Shown: positions 9,452 to 21,175, numbered from the stretch's first letter. The stretch is DNA of 64,000 bases from an uncultured Thermoanaerobaculia bacterium (GCA_964599475.1 CAZRFU010000016.1:17619-81618); one strand, 5' to 3'. Made by a program: numbers and translations. Notes: generated by a model not told the origin, from the letters alone.

Positions 9452-10057
9452 TCAGCCTGGGCGTGGTTCGAATCCGGTCAGCTCGAGATGCAACATCGCG
9501 CGAGCGGCCCGCCAGTCGCGCTTGACCGTCCGCAGCGAGACCGCTGTCGCATCGGCGATCTCCCCAAAGGTCAGCCCGCCGAAGAAGTGCCACTCGACCG
9601 TTTGGGCCAAGCGCGGGGCTGCGAGCTCCAGACGAGACAGGGCAGCATCCAGCGCCAAGAGATCTTCGATCGGGGCCGACGTGCCCGGCGCTGCGACGGC
9701 GATGGCGTCGAGGTCGATCTCAGGCTGACCACCACCACGTTTGCCTGCCTGGCGCCCGCGCGCGCGGTCGACCACCACGTGGCGCATCGCGCGCGAAGCC
9801 ACTGCGAACAGGTGTTGACGATCTTCGAATGGTAGCGCCCCTCGGCGCGACAGCCGCAGGAACACTTCGTGCACGAGCGAGGTGGCGGACGGCCCCGCAA
9901 CTTGGGCCCGCAGGTGGCGACCCGCCAAGGCCCGGAGGTCGGCGTAGATCAGATCGAACACCTTGCCTGCAGCATCGCGGTCGCCGCCGCGAGCGGCTGC
10001 CAGGAGCGCGGTCACGGCGCCCTGGTCGCCTTCGGGGGAATCGCCGGCCGCACCCAT
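9452..10057 (-). CDS. ECF-type sigma factor (second copy, same kinase-associated subgroup)
   Basis: C-terminal 201 aa of ORF 9452..11290(-): VHEVFLRL, LTFGEIADATAVSLRTVKRDWRAARAML; ATG at 10055-10057. The remainder of that ORF is antisense to the kinase gene. Confidence 0.75.
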   Translation of the reverse strand: MGAAGDSPEGDQGAVTALLAAARGGDRDAAGKVFDLIYADLRALAGRHLRAQVAGPSATSLVHEVFLRLSRRGALPFEDRQHLFAVASRAMRHVVVDRARGRQAGKRGGGQPEIDLDAIAVAAPGTSAPIEDLLALDAALSRLELAAPRLAQTVEWHFFGGLTFGEIADATAVSLRTVKRDWRAARAMLHLELTGFEPRPG

Positions 10058-10108
10058 TCCGAAGATTCTAGCGCCGCGTCCGACATCTCCTGTAGCGTTG
10101 CCGCACCG

Positions 10109-13072
10109 ATGGCCACCTCCCGGCAGGAAGAGCGAGCGCGCTGGTTCGTCGAGCTGTGCGACCTCGAGCTGCGGGAGCGTGACCGGGCTCTCGAGGAGAT
10201 CGCCGCGAGCGATCCCCAGCTGGCGGCCGAGGTCGAAAGGCTGCTCCGCCTCGATCGGCAATCGAACGGGCCGATCGAAGCCCTGCGCGAGGAACTTGGA
10301 CCGGCCCTGCACTCGGCGTTTTCCGAACTGGAGGTGGCAGACCTTGCGCCGCCGGAACGGCTCGGCCCGTGGCGCCTGGGCGAAAGACTCGGTGCGGGCG
10401 GCATGGGCGAGGTCTGGGCCGCCGAACGCGCCGATGCCGGCTTTGCCCAGCGCGCTGCCATCAAGCTGGTCCGCTCGAACATGGCGAGCGAGGAGGTGGT
10501 GCGCCGCTTCGCCATCGAACGCCGGGCTCTCGCACGGCTCGAACATCCCGGCATCGCCCGGCTGCTCGACGGCGGTGTCGCTCCCGATGGTCGCCCGTGG
10601 TTCGCCATGGAGCGGGTCGACGGCATCGCGATCACGACCTTCGCCGACACCAACGCACTCGACCTCGGGTCGCGATTGCGACTCTTCCTCGCCGTCATCG
10701 AGTCCGTCGCCTTTGCTCACCAGGCGCTGGTGGTCCATCGCGACCTCAAGCCCTCGAACATCCTGGTGACCGCGGCCGGCGCGCCCAAAGTCCTGGACTT
10801 CGGCCTGGCCAAGCTGCTCGACCCGGCGGAAGGCAACCAGGACCAGCCGGAGCTCACGCACACCAACCTGCTGGCGCTGACCCCGGCTTACGCCGCTCCA
10901 GAGCAATTCCTCGGCGAGCCGACCACCACCGCAACCGACGTCTACGCCCTGGGCGCGGTTCTGTTCGAGCTCCTCACCGGGCAATTGCCGCACCAGCGGC
11001 GAAGCCCTTCGCTCGCCGTGCTGCTCGAAGGGCTCGAGCGCGAGACCCTCGAGCGCCCTTCTCAGCGCCTCAGGCGTTCGGCTGCCAGCGAACGCCCGGA
11101 TCGAGCCGCCAGGCTGCTCGAGGGAGACATCGACACCATCGTGCTGCAGGCTCTCGCCCGCGAACCGGCCCGCCGCTACCCAACCGTGGCGGCGCTCGGC
11201 GCGGACATCCGCGCCCACCTCGAAGGGCGGCCGATCGCGGCACGGCCGGCCTCGGCCTTCTACCTCTTCTCCAAGTTCCTCGGGCGGCACCGAGCGGCGG
11301 CGATCGCTGCGCTGACCGTGGTGTCGGCCCTGAGCGTCAGCCTGATCGTCTCGTTGCAGCAGACTGCGGTCGCTCGCGCCGCCCTCGCCACGGCACAGAG
11401 CGAGGCCCGGCGCGCCGAGAGGGTCAAGGACTTCCTAGTGTCCGTGTTCGAACAGGCCGACCCAACCCACACCCAAGGAGCCGACGTGCCGGCGCGACAG
11501 ATCCTCGCCGAGGGCGCGGCCCAGCTGAGGACCAACCTCGCCGACGAGCCCGAGGTCCGCGCCGAGCTCTACGACACCGTCGCGCAGATCCAGACCAGCC
11601 TGGGATTGCTCGAAGAGGGGCTGGCCAACGCCGAAGCCGGCGCCGCAGAGCGCAAGCGGCAGTTCGGTGACAGCTCGCGCGAGTACGCCCGCAGCCGGGT
11701 GACGGTGGGCCGGGCCAAGCTGCAGCAGGCCCAGTTCGCTGGCGCGCTGGAGGACTTCGACCATGCCCTATCGGTGTTCGAAGCCAGGGTGGATACCCGC
11801 TCGCTCGACTTCGCGAAGGCACTCTCCGGTCGGGCCGAGGCCCGTCTGATGCTTGGCGACCCGGAGCAGGCGCGCACCGATCAGCTCGCCGCCAATGCGA
11901 TCTATGCCGCGGCCCTCGGGCCTGAGGATCGGGAAACCCTCGGCCAGCTCTCGAATCTCGCCGTGATCGAAACCCGGTCCGGAACCGTCCTCGAGGCCGC
12001 GCGGATCTTCCGCCAGGTGCTGGCCGGCCTCGAACGCGTCGAGCCCCCGGACTCGGCACGTGTGCTCGATGTCGTCCTCAATCTCGCCACCGCCCTCGAC
12101 ACCGCCGGCCAGAGCACAGAGGCCTTGGCGCTGTTCGAACGCGTCGTCGCCGGTCGCCGGAGGATCTACGGGGACCAACACCCCCTGCTTGCCGAAGCGC
12201 TGGTGATCGCCGGGCTCAGGATGTCGCGAGCCGGCCGTGGCGACGACGCACTTCGAGCGCTCGACGAGGCCCGCGCGATCTACGCACCGCTCGATCACCC
12301 GGAGCTCGGTACCGTCGACAACTTCAGCGGCCTGACCTACGCCGACCTGGGGCGGTTCGCCGAAGCCGAGGCGGCGTTCGCGGCAGCGTCGGCTCGGTTC
12401 TCACGGGACCTCGGCCCCGCGCACGTGATGACGGTTTCCGCCAACGCCAATCGGGCCAACGTGGTGAGTGAGCTCGGTCGCGAGGACGAGGCAGTCGAGC
12501 TGTTCGCCGAGGCGGTCGCCCAGCTGCGTGTGCTCCAGCAGCTCGACAACCCGAGGCTGTTGCGCATGCGACTGAACTGGGGAGCGGCGCTGCGCCGCGC
12601 CGGACGCTTTGCCGAAGCGCGGTCGGTGCTGGAAGCCGCGATGGCGGCCGCGCGCGAGCAGTTCGGAGGCGACCATCTGCGCATTGCCGAGGGCTCGGTC
12701 GAGCTCGCCCGCCTCGAGCTGGCTGCGAGAACGTCCACCGCTCCCGAGGTCGCTGCCTCACTGCTCGCCGAGGCGGAGCGGATCGCCGAGAACAACCCGC
12801 CCAACGCCGCCTTGGCCCGCAATCTGGCGGCAGCGAGGGCGGAACTGCGGGAGGCAAACGGTTCCTCGGCACCCATCACGGCCCCGACCACCCTGCCATC
12901 GACCCCGCTCGAACCCGTCCGAGAAGATCAGGCCATTGTCGAGGCTGGGGGACGGGCTCTACCATCTCCTGGCGTGCGGCGCGATCGAGGTGGAGATCAG
13001 CTCCGGCTCGGTGTCCGCGGTAGACGTCTTCGCCGACCGGCTGCGATTCGAGCTGCTGGATCTGCTGCGTGA
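10109..13072 (+). CDS. Ser/Thr protein kinase with TM helix and long extracytoplasmic TPR domain. The 3' end is uncertain: a G5 run at about 12945 separates it from a tag-encoding frame
   Basis: ATG 10109 (MATSRQEERARWFVELCDLELRER...); ELGAGGMGEVW, AIK, HRDLKPSNILV, DFG, APE; TM AAAIAALTVVSALSVSLIVSL; TPR repeats; divergent from sigma gene 9452..10057. Confidence 0.8.
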   Translation: MATSRQEERARWFVELCDLELRERDRALEEIAASDPQLAAEVERLLRLDRQSNGPIEALREELGPALHSAFSELEVADLAPPERLGPWRLGERLGAGGMGEVWAAERADAGFAQRAAIKLVRSNMASEEVVRRFAIERRALARLEHPGIARLLDGGVAPDGRPWFAMERVDGIAITTFADTNALDLGSRLRLFLAVIESVAFAHQALVVHRDLKPSNILVTAAGAPKVLDFGLAKLLDPAEGNQDQPELTHTNLLALTPAYAAPEQFLGEPTTTATDVYALGAVLFELLTGQLPHQRRSPSLAVLLEGLERETLERPSQRLRRSAASERPDRAARLLEGDIDTIVLQALAREPARRYPTVAALGADIRAHLEGRPIAARPASAFYLFSKFLGRHRAAAIAALTVVSALSVSLIVSLQQTAVARAALATAQSEARRAERVKDFLVSVFEQADPTHTQGADVPARQILAEGAAQLRTNLADEPEVRAELYDTVAQIQTSLGLLEEGLANAEAGAAERKRQFGDSSREYARSRVTVGRAKLQQAQFAGALEDFDHALSVFEARVDTRSLDFAKALSGRAEARLMLGDPEQARTDQLAANAIYAAALGPEDRETLGQLSNLAVIETRSGTVLEAARIFRQVLAGLERVEPPDSARVLDVVLNLATALDTAGQSTEALALFERVVAGRRRIYGDQHPLLAEALVIAGLRMSRAGRGDDALRALDEARAIYAPLDHPELGTVDNFSGLTYADLGRFAEAEAAFAAASARFSRDLGPAHVMTVSANANRANVVSELGREDEAVELFAEAVAQLRVLQQLDNPRLLRMRLNWGAALRRAGRFAEARSVLEAAMAAAREQFGGDHLRIAEGSVELARLELAARTSTAPEVAASLLAEAERIAENNPPNAALARNLAAARAELREANGSSAPITAPTTLPSTPLEPVREDQAIVEAGGRALPSPGVRRDRGGDQLRLGVRGRRLRRPAAIRAAGSAA

Positions 13073-13121
13073 CGGCTTCGAAAGTGGCGACACCAGCGCA
13101 TGGTCGCTCGCGGTGCCGTAG
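12930..13121 (+). other. orphan coding segment in the kinase +1 frame ending ...DVFADRLRFELLDLLRDGFESGDTSAWSLAVP* (fourth copy of the C-terminal tag)
   Basis: 18-nt identity (ttcgaaagtggcgacacc) with the tag-coding end of the 1628..3157 gene; reads cleanly only downstream of the G5 run. Confidence 0.45.
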
Positions 13122-13256
13122 CCGCGGCCATCCGGCCTGCGGGCTATCATCTGCTCGCGGTGACCGAGATGCCGAGCGCGGACTCGCCATTCGCAACGGT
13201 CGCGGCGCAGGCCGAGAGCAGAGAAGCCGACGAAGGCCCGGCGGGTTCAGCCGAGT

Positions 13257-13856
13257 TTGGGGTGCGGCTGGAGGATTCTCGTGGAAGAGTGGTGGTATTC
13301 ATGGATCGCACTGCCCGGGCTGATCTTCCTTGCCCGTACCACTGATGTCGGCCTGTCGACCCTGCGTATCCTGTTCATCGGCCAGGGCCGTCGCGGTCTG
13401 GCTGCCGCCACCGGGTTCTTCGAGGCGATCATCTGGCTGACGGTGGTGTCGCAGACCTTCAAGCACCTCGACAACCCGCTGGCGATCATCGCGTACGGCG
13501 GAGGCTTCGCCATGGGCAACGTCGTGGGGATGATGCTCGAAGGCAAGCTTCGACTGGGAGTCCAGGTCGCCCGGATCATCGGCGCCCGGGATCCGACGCT
13601 GTTGCAGGATTCGCTGAGGGCCCTCGACATCGGCTTCACCAGACTCGAGGGTCACGGCGCTCAGGGGCCCGTCTGGGTACTGTTTACGGTCGTGCGTCGG
13701 CGCGACGTGGCACGCCTGCTCGAGGCCGTCGAACGCGTCGCTCCCCAGGCCTTCGTGTCGATCGAGGACGTCCGACGGGTCGACCACGGTGTTTTCCCGC
13801 ACCCACCGATAGCGACCGAATGGCCGGGCTGGCGGCTGCTACGCAAGGCGCGCTGA
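13257..13856 (+). CDS. UPF0316/DUF2179-like small membrane protein (start uncertain)
   Basis: N-terminal TM segments followed by MLEGKLRLGVQVARIIG..FTRLEGHG, the general pattern of the YebE/DUF2179 family; recalled from memory, not searched. Confidence 0.45.
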   Translation: MGCGWRILVEEWWYSWIALPGLIFLARTTDVGLSTLRILFIGQGRRGLAAATGFFEAIIWLTVVSQTFKHLDNPLAIIAYGGGFAMGNVVGMMLEGKLRLGVQVARIIGARDPTLLQDSLRALDIGFTRLEGHGAQGPVWVLFTVVRRRDVARLLEAVERVAPQAFVSIEDVRRVDHGVFPHPPIATEWPGWRLLRKAR

Positions 13857-13901
13857 ACTTCCGTGCTATTATTTGAAGGAGTTTCTCGAAGGAGAGGTCC
13901 C

Positions 13902-14369
13902 ATGTCGAAGATGTTCAGCTGGAGTCTCCTGGTGCTGATCGCGTCCGCCGCGAGCGCCGGCACCTTCACCGTGACCCTGCACAACGGCAACAGCTTCGAG
14001 AGCCGCTACCAGCCCAAGGCTGCCAGCTGGGATGACAACGTCATCCTGGTGCTCGACGAGCTCGGCAACTGGGTTGGGCTCGAGCGCGCCGACGTCAAGT
14101 CGGTGATCTCCGACATCGAGGCTCGCGGCTACGGCATCGTCATCGACACGACGACCAAGGAGTTCGGCTTCGCCCCGAACGACGCCGCGCTCCCCGACGA
14201 AGAAGGTGGCGCACAGCCGCAGCAGGCGCCGTCGGCCCTCGACCGCATCCTCGGGCAGACCTACGACACGCCGCAGTTCGTCGAGCCCGGCTCGAGTGGT
14301 GGCGGGTTCCCGGTCTTCAGCGTCGGAACCAGCGGCAGCGCGGCCACTCAGCCGCAGGGCCCTCGCTGA
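13902..14369 (+). CDS. hypothetical secreted protein
   Basis: ATG 13902 after GAAGGAGAGG; signal peptide MSKMFSWSLLVLIASAASAGT; low-complexity C-terminus. Confidence 0.55.
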   Translation: MSKMFSWSLLVLIASAASAGTFTVTLHNGNSFESRYQPKAASWDDNVILVLDELGNWVGLERADVKSVISDIEARGYGIVIDTTTKEFGFAPNDAALPDEEGGAQPQQAPSALDRILGQTYDTPQFVEPGSSGGGFPVFSVGTSGSAATQPQGPR

Positions 14370-14378
14370 TCTCGGGCC

Positions 14379-15131
14379 GTGGCGCGGCTGATCCGTGACG
14401 GCGGCGGCTACGCCGTCCTCGAACGCGGCGCCGCGCTGCGCTTGAAGAGCAATCCCTTCGAGGTTCCGCGGCACGCCTGGGAGCTGGGCTCCCCCTGCGA
14501 GCCCGGCACGGCGCAGGTACCGGTGCACCCACGGACGGTCTTGGGCATCGGTCGCAGCTACCGCGCCCACGCCGAAGAGCTCGGCAACCAGGCTCCCGAG
14601 TCTCCGCTACTCTTCCTCAAGGCACCGAGCTCGCTGCTCGACCCCGGTGCCCCGCTTGCGATCCCCACCAGCTGCGGCCGGATCGACTTCGAGGGTGAGA
14701 TCGCGCTGGTGCTGGCATCGCGGCTGGATCGAGTACCAGCAGACGAGACCCTGTCGAAGGTGCTCGGAGTCACCGCTGCGTGCGACACCACCGCGCGCGA
14801 GATCCAGCAGGGTGACCGCACCTTCGCCCGTGGCAAGTCGCTGGTCTCGAGTTGCCCGATCGGCCCGGTGATCGATCTCGATCCCGACTGGGGAAACCTC
14901 GAGGTCGTCACGCGGATCAACGGCGTCGAGCGTCAGCGTGGACACGAGCGGATGTTGCTGTGGCCGATCGCGGAGATTCTCGCCTACGTGTCGAACTGGA
15001 TCGTGCTCGAAGCCGGGGACGTGATCCTCCTCGGCACCCCTGCAGGCGTTGCGCCCTTGAGCCCCGGCGACCGGTTGGAGGTCGAGGTCAGCGGCGTCGG
15101 GGTGTTGCACAACCCTGTCGTAGCGCGCTGA
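14379..15131 (+). CDS. fumarylacetoacetate hydrolase (FAH) family protein
   Basis: GTG start; FAH-fold motifs (LLFLKAPSSL, RIDFEGEIALVL, GDVILLGTPAGV). Confidence 0.8.
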   Translation: MARLIRDGGGYAVLERGAALRLKSNPFEVPRHAWELGSPCEPGTAQVPVHPRTVLGIGRSYRAHAEELGNQAPESPLLFLKAPSSLLDPGAPLAIPTSCGRIDFEGEIALVLASRLDRVPADETLSKVLGVTAACDTTAREIQQGDRTFARGKSLVSSCPIGPVIDLDPDWGNLEVVTRINGVERQRGHERMLLWPIAEILAYVSNWIVLEAGDVILLGTPAGVAPLSPGDRLEVEVSGVGVLHNPVVAR

Positions 15132-15592
15132 TGGGGCCTCGGCGTCTCAGGCAGGTCATCGCCCTGATCGTGGCGCTGGCTGCCGCGGTGATCGGCCTCG
15201 AGGGCCGCGGATACCCCTGGTCACTGGCCGCGATCTTGGGTGCTGCCTGCGGAGCGTTCGTCTGGGTCTTGCTCGAGCGGATCGGCGAGATCGCGGCGAT
15301 GTTCGGCGATCACCACCCGCCACGGGAAGACGAGGACCGCCGCCAACAGCGCGAGATGGATCCACCCGCCGAAGACCATTCCGGCGCCGAGGGATACCAA
15401 CCAGGTCGAGAACAAGCCGAAGGTGAGGGCCAGCCGCAAGAGCTCGGGGCGCATGATGCACAGTCTAACCCCGAGGAGCCACTTCGCCGTGCGACGCTGG
15501 ATACTGACACCCCCGAGGTGCTGTTCGACCACCCGCTGATGCGAGCCGAACGGCGTCGGCTGCCGGCACCGGACGAGGAGCAGCACCGCTGA
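15131..15592 (+). CDS. small membrane protein (2 TM) with acidic low-complexity tail
   Basis: ATG overlaps the FAH stop (TGATG) and its own stop overlaps the crcB ATG (TGATG), forming a translationally coupled chain. An alternative minus-strand ORF 15221..15586 was judged less likely. Confidence 0.45.
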   Translation: MGPRRLRQVIALIVALAAAVIGLEGRGYPWSLAAILGAACGAFVWVLLERIGEIAAMFGDHHPPREDEDRRQQREMDPPAEDHSGAEGYQPGREQAEGEGQPQELGAHDAQSNPEEPLRRATLDTDTPEVLFDHPLMRAERRRLPAPDEEQHR

Positions 15593-15987
15593 TGCTACGC
15601 CTCGCCGTCGCCGTCGCCGCCGGCGGGGCCCTCGGCGCCCTGCTGCGCTGGGGTGTCGGTCTGGCGGGCCTCGAGCTCGCGCGTCGGCTCCCGGAGCCGG
15701 CGCGCTGGTGGCCTCTCGGCACCCTGGCAGCCAACGCCCTCGGCTGTTTTGCCATCGGCCTGCTCGTCGGGATCTTCGAACACCGCTGGGCAGCCCCGAG
15801 CGGGTGGCGAGCCTTTCTGGTGGTCGGGCTCCTCGGCGGATTCACCACCTTTTCGAGCTACGCTCTCGAGGCGGTGCAGATGGTCCAAGACGGCCGGGCC
15901 CGCGAAGCCCTCGGCTACGTGCTGGTTTCAACCGTCGGCGGGGTGCTGCTGGTCGCCGCCGGCTGGACCCTCGGCCGAGCGACGTGA
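15592..15987 (+). CDS. crcB: fluoride ion channel CrcB/FluC
   Basis: 131 aa, 4 TM, motifs GTLAANALGCFAIG and GLLGGFTTFSSYALE typical of CrcB. Confidence 0.85.
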   Translation: MLRLAVAVAAGGALGALLRWGVGLAGLELARRLPEPARWWPLGTLAANALGCFAIGLLVGIFEHRWAAPSGWRAFLVVGLLGGFTTFSSYALEAVQMVQDGRAREALGYVLVSTVGGVLLVAAGWTLGRAT

Positions 15988-16005
15988 GCAGTTGCCTACG
16001 CACCC

Positions 16006-16068
16006 TGCACCCCGGCCGTGCACCCCGGCCGATGAAAATCCGGTCTTCAGTACCCGGTACCTGGTACC
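16006..16068. repeat. partial MITE-family copy (reverse orientation): tandem 13-bp direct repeat TGCACCCCGGCCG x2 + GATGAAAATCCGGTCTTCAGTACCCGGTACCTGGTACCC
   Basis: Reverse complement matches the left arm and adjacent core of element B. Confidence 0.45.
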
Positions 16069-16105
16069 CTCGTGGGCGCCTGCCAACCGTGTAAGCTCAC
16101 TCGCG

Positions 16106-16582
16106 ATGCGACTCGCCAAGTACTCGATACTCGCCGCCGCCGGCATGCTCCTGACCTGGGGCTGTGGCCCAGGCGAAAGCACGGGCGAACCGGCCGCAGC
16201 CCCCAACGAGCTGGTGACCGAAGAGGTCGCTGCACCGGTTGACGCGGCAGTCGATGTCGACGCCGACCCCAAAGCAATCGCCCGCAGTCACGAGAGCGTC
16301 GGCGGCGTGTTGCCCTCGGACTTTCCCGCAAGCTTCACTCTGCCGCGACCCGCGAGCATCATCGATCTGAGCTCGACCGACGACGGTTGGAGCACCGTAG
16401 TGCTTCGTACGCCCTCGTCACCCGGCCAGGTCGCAGGATTCTTCGCCCGCGAGCTGCCCCGGGGTGGCTGGACTGAATACGGTGGGCTGTGGATGCGCGA
16501 CCGCACCCAGGTCCGGGTGACGGTGAAGGTGCTCCCCGACGGCGCCCGGGTCCAGCTGGACTACCGCACCTCCGCCAGCTAG
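16106..16582 (+). CDS. hypothetical lipoprotein/secreted protein
   Basis: MRLAKYSILAAAGMLLTWGC lipobox-like N-terminus; start inside supplied ORF 15653..16582. Confidence 0.5.
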   Translation: MRLAKYSILAAAGMLLTWGCGPGESTGEPAAAPNELVTEEVAAPVDAAVDVDADPKAIARSHESVGGVLPSDFPASFTLPRPASIIDLSSTDDGWSTVVLRTPSSPGQVAGFFARELPRGGWTEYGGLWMRDRTQVRVTVKVLPDGARVQLDYRTSAS

Positions 16583-16642
16583 GAGGACTCGGCGGGGCGG
16601 CCCGGTCGGACGTGAATGGCGCCGTCCGAGCCCGAGGACCAA

Positions 16643-16770
16643 GGTACCGGGTACCAGGTACTCGTCGGAGCGCGAAAGCCACCCTCGGACGAAGCGCGCG
16701 AACGCCCGTCCATGTCGACCCGACGGGACGCCCGCCCTCCGGCTGGTCCCGGGTACCGGGTCCCGGGTCC
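16643..16770. repeat. intergenic heptamer-repeat pair (GGTACCGGGTACCAGGTAC ... GGTCCCGGGTACCGGGTCCCGGGTCCC) between convergent genes
   Basis: Read directly; related to the MITE arms but with a different internal sequence. Confidence 0.35.
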
Positions 16771-16776
16771 CTATCT

Positions 16777-17199
16777 CTACCGCCCAGCCGCCACCAGCCG
16801 TGCCCGGCACAACTCGATGGTGCGCATCGAGTCGCGGTAGCTCTCGTCCTGCGCTGCCACCACGAGCTTCTCCGCTGCAGCCATCGCCGCCTTGGTCGCG
16901 TCGACATCGATCTGCTCGGGGCCCTCGGCCTGATCGGCCAGCACCGTGACGACGTTGGCGCGCACCTCGCAGAAACCGCCGGACAGCGCAAAGACCCGAG
17001 TCTTCGCGCCGTCTTTGACCCGCATCACGCCGATGTCGAGCGTCGCCACCAAAGCGGCGTGGCCGGGGAGCACCCCGAACTCGCCCTTGCTGCCGGGCAG
17101 GATGACCTCGTCGCATGCGCCCGACAGAACCTCGCGATCGAGGGTGACGAGATCGAGGTGCAGGCGACCGGACGGCCCTGAGGTCGGTGCGTTTGCCAT
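16777..17199 (-). CDS. atpC: F1 ATP synthase epsilon subunit
   Basis: 140 aa MANAPTSG...LHLDLVTLDREV...; lies 4 nt downstream of atpD. Confidence 0.85.
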   Translation of the reverse strand: MANAPTSGPSGRLHLDLVTLDREVLSGACDEVILPGSKGEFGVLPGHAALVATLDIGVMRVKDGAKTRVFALSGGFCEVRANVVTVLADQAEGPEQIDVDATKAAMAAAEKLVVAAQDESYRDSMRTIELCRARLVAAGR

Positions 17200-17203
17200 G
17201 ACC

Positions 17204-19608
<2,405 letters not shown>

Positions 19609-19609
19609 C

Positions 19610-21142
19610 TCAGCCCACCTTGGCCTTCGGATTCTCGACCAGGAAGCGGTCGCGGATCTCGCCGAGGGCCGCGATGATCTTCTCGTCGAGCTCCTTGTCG
19701 ATCGCCTTCTTCTCGCGTAGGGCCGCGAGCAGGTCGGCCTTCTCCTCGCGGAAGAAGCGGTGCATCGCCGCCTCGAAGGCGAGCACGGACTTCACCTCGA
19801 TGGTGTCGAGGAAGCCCTTGGTGCCGGCGAGGATCGAGAGCACCTGGAGCTCGACCGCGAGTGGCGCATACTGGCCCTGCTTCAGGATTTCGACCAGCCG
19901 TTGACCACGAGCGAGCTGGGCCTGCGTCGCCTTGTCGAGGTCCGAGCCGAACTGCGCGAAAGCCTGCAGCTCACGGAACTGGGCGAGCTCGAGACGCAGC
20001 GTGCCGGCGATCTTGCGCATCGCGGTGATCTGGGCGTTGCCGCCGACGCGCGAGACCGAGATGCCGACGTTCAGCGCCGGACGCACACCCGAGAAGAACA
20101 GGTCGCTCTCGAGGTAAATCTGACCATCGGTGATCGAGATCACGTTGGTCGGGATGTAGGCCGAGACGTCGCCCGCCTGGGTTTCGATGATCGGCAGCGC
20201 GGTCAGCGACCCGCCGCCGTTCTTGGTCGAAAGCTTGGCGGCGCGCTCGAGCAGGCGAGAATGCAGGTAGAAGACGTCGCCCGGATACGCCTCACGGCCG
20301 GGCGGACGGCGCAGCAGCAGCGACAACTCACGATAGGCGACGGCCTGCTTGGACAAGTCGTCGTAGATCACCAGGGCGTGGCGGCCCGAATCCATGAAGT
20401 ACTCGCCGATGGCGCACCCGCCGTAGGGAGCGAGGTACTGCAGCGGCGCGGGCTCTGAAGCCGAGGCTGCGACCACGATGGTGTGGCCCATCGCGCCGTA
20501 CTCTTCGAGGGTCTTGACCACCTGGGCGATGGTCGATCGCTTCTGGCCGATGGCGACGTAGATGCAGATGACGCCGCTGTCCTTCTGGTTGATGATGGTG
20601 TCGACGGCGACCGCGGTCTTGCCGGTCTGGCGGTCGCCGATGATCAGCTCACGCTGGCCGCGTCCGACCGGGATCATGGCGTCGATGGCCTTGATGCCGG
20701 TCTGCAGCGGCTCTTTGACCGGCTGACGATCGATGACGCCGGGCGCGATGCGCTCGAGTGGGTACCGCTTGGTGGTTTCGATCGGGCCCTTGTCGTCGAT
20801 CGGCCGACCGAGCGGATCGACCACCCGTCCGATCATCGCGTCGCCCACCGGCAGCTCCATGATGCGGCCGGTGCGGCGCACCTGATCGCCTTCCTTGACC
20901 AACCGCGAGCTGCCGATCAGCACGGCGCCGATCTGGTCTTCTTCGAGGTTGAGGGCGATGCCGAACACTCCGTTGGGAAACTCGAGCATTTCGCCCGACA
21001 TCGCCTTCTCGAGGCCATAGACGCGGGCAATACCGTCGCCGACGTTGAGAACGGTACCGACTTCGGCGAGGTCGATGTCCGCCTCGTAGCCCGCCAGCTC
21101 CTTTTCCAGGATCGCGGTGATCTCATCAGCCTTGATATGCAT
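19610..21142 (-). CDS. atpA: F1 ATP synthase alpha subunit
   Basis: 510 aa; GDRQTGKT P-loop. Confidence 0.95.
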   Translation of the reverse strand: MHIKADEITAILEKELAGYEADIDLAEVGTVLNVGDGIARVYGLEKAMSGEMLEFPNGVFGIALNLEEDQIGAVLIGSSRLVKEGDQVRRTGRIMELPVGDAMIGRVVDPLGRPIDDKGPIETTKRYPLERIAPGVIDRQPVKEPLQTGIKAIDAMIPVGRGQRELIIGDRQTGKTAVAVDTIINQKDSGVICIYVAIGQKRSTIAQVVKTLEEYGAMGHTIVVAASASEPAPLQYLAPYGGCAIGEYFMDSGRHALVIYDDLSKQAVAYRELSLLLRRPPGREAYPGDVFYLHSRLLERAAKLSTKNGGGSLTALPIIETQAGDVSAYIPTNVISITDGQIYLESDLFFSGVRPALNVGISVSRVGGNAQITAMRKIAGTLRLELAQFRELQAFAQFGSDLDKATQAQLARGQRLVEILKQGQYAPLAVELQVLSILAGTKGFLDTIEVKSVLAFEAAMHRFFREEKADLLAALREKKAIDKELDEKIIAALGEIRDRFLVENPKAKVG

Positions 21143-21175
21143 ACAGGTGCTCTCCGTAGAAAAAGGGGCTGGCGC

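Noticed and set aside
9460-9480. GGTTCGAATCC (tRNA T-loop-like) sequence
   Set aside because: The flanks do not form a T-stem or acceptor stem, and it lies inside the sigma-factor coding region. No tRNA or rRNA genes were recognised anywhere in the window.
12609-13121. ORF 12609..13121 as an independent 170-aa gene
   Set aside because: Its first roughly 110 codons are an Arg/Pro-rich out-of-frame overlap of the kinase. Only the last roughly 60 codons (from about 12930) look like protein. Reported instead as an orphan tag segment behind a frameshift.
15221-15586. Minus-strand 121-aa membrane-like ORF overlapping 15131..15592(+)
   Set aside because: The plus-strand ORF is translationally coupled on both sides (FAH stop/start and crcB start), which favours the plus-strand reading
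16700-16735. Hairpin CCCGTC-(loop)-GACGGG between the convergent lipoprotein and atpC genes as a bidirectional terminator
   Set aside because: Only a 6-bp stem with an 11-nt loop and no U tract, so too weak to call
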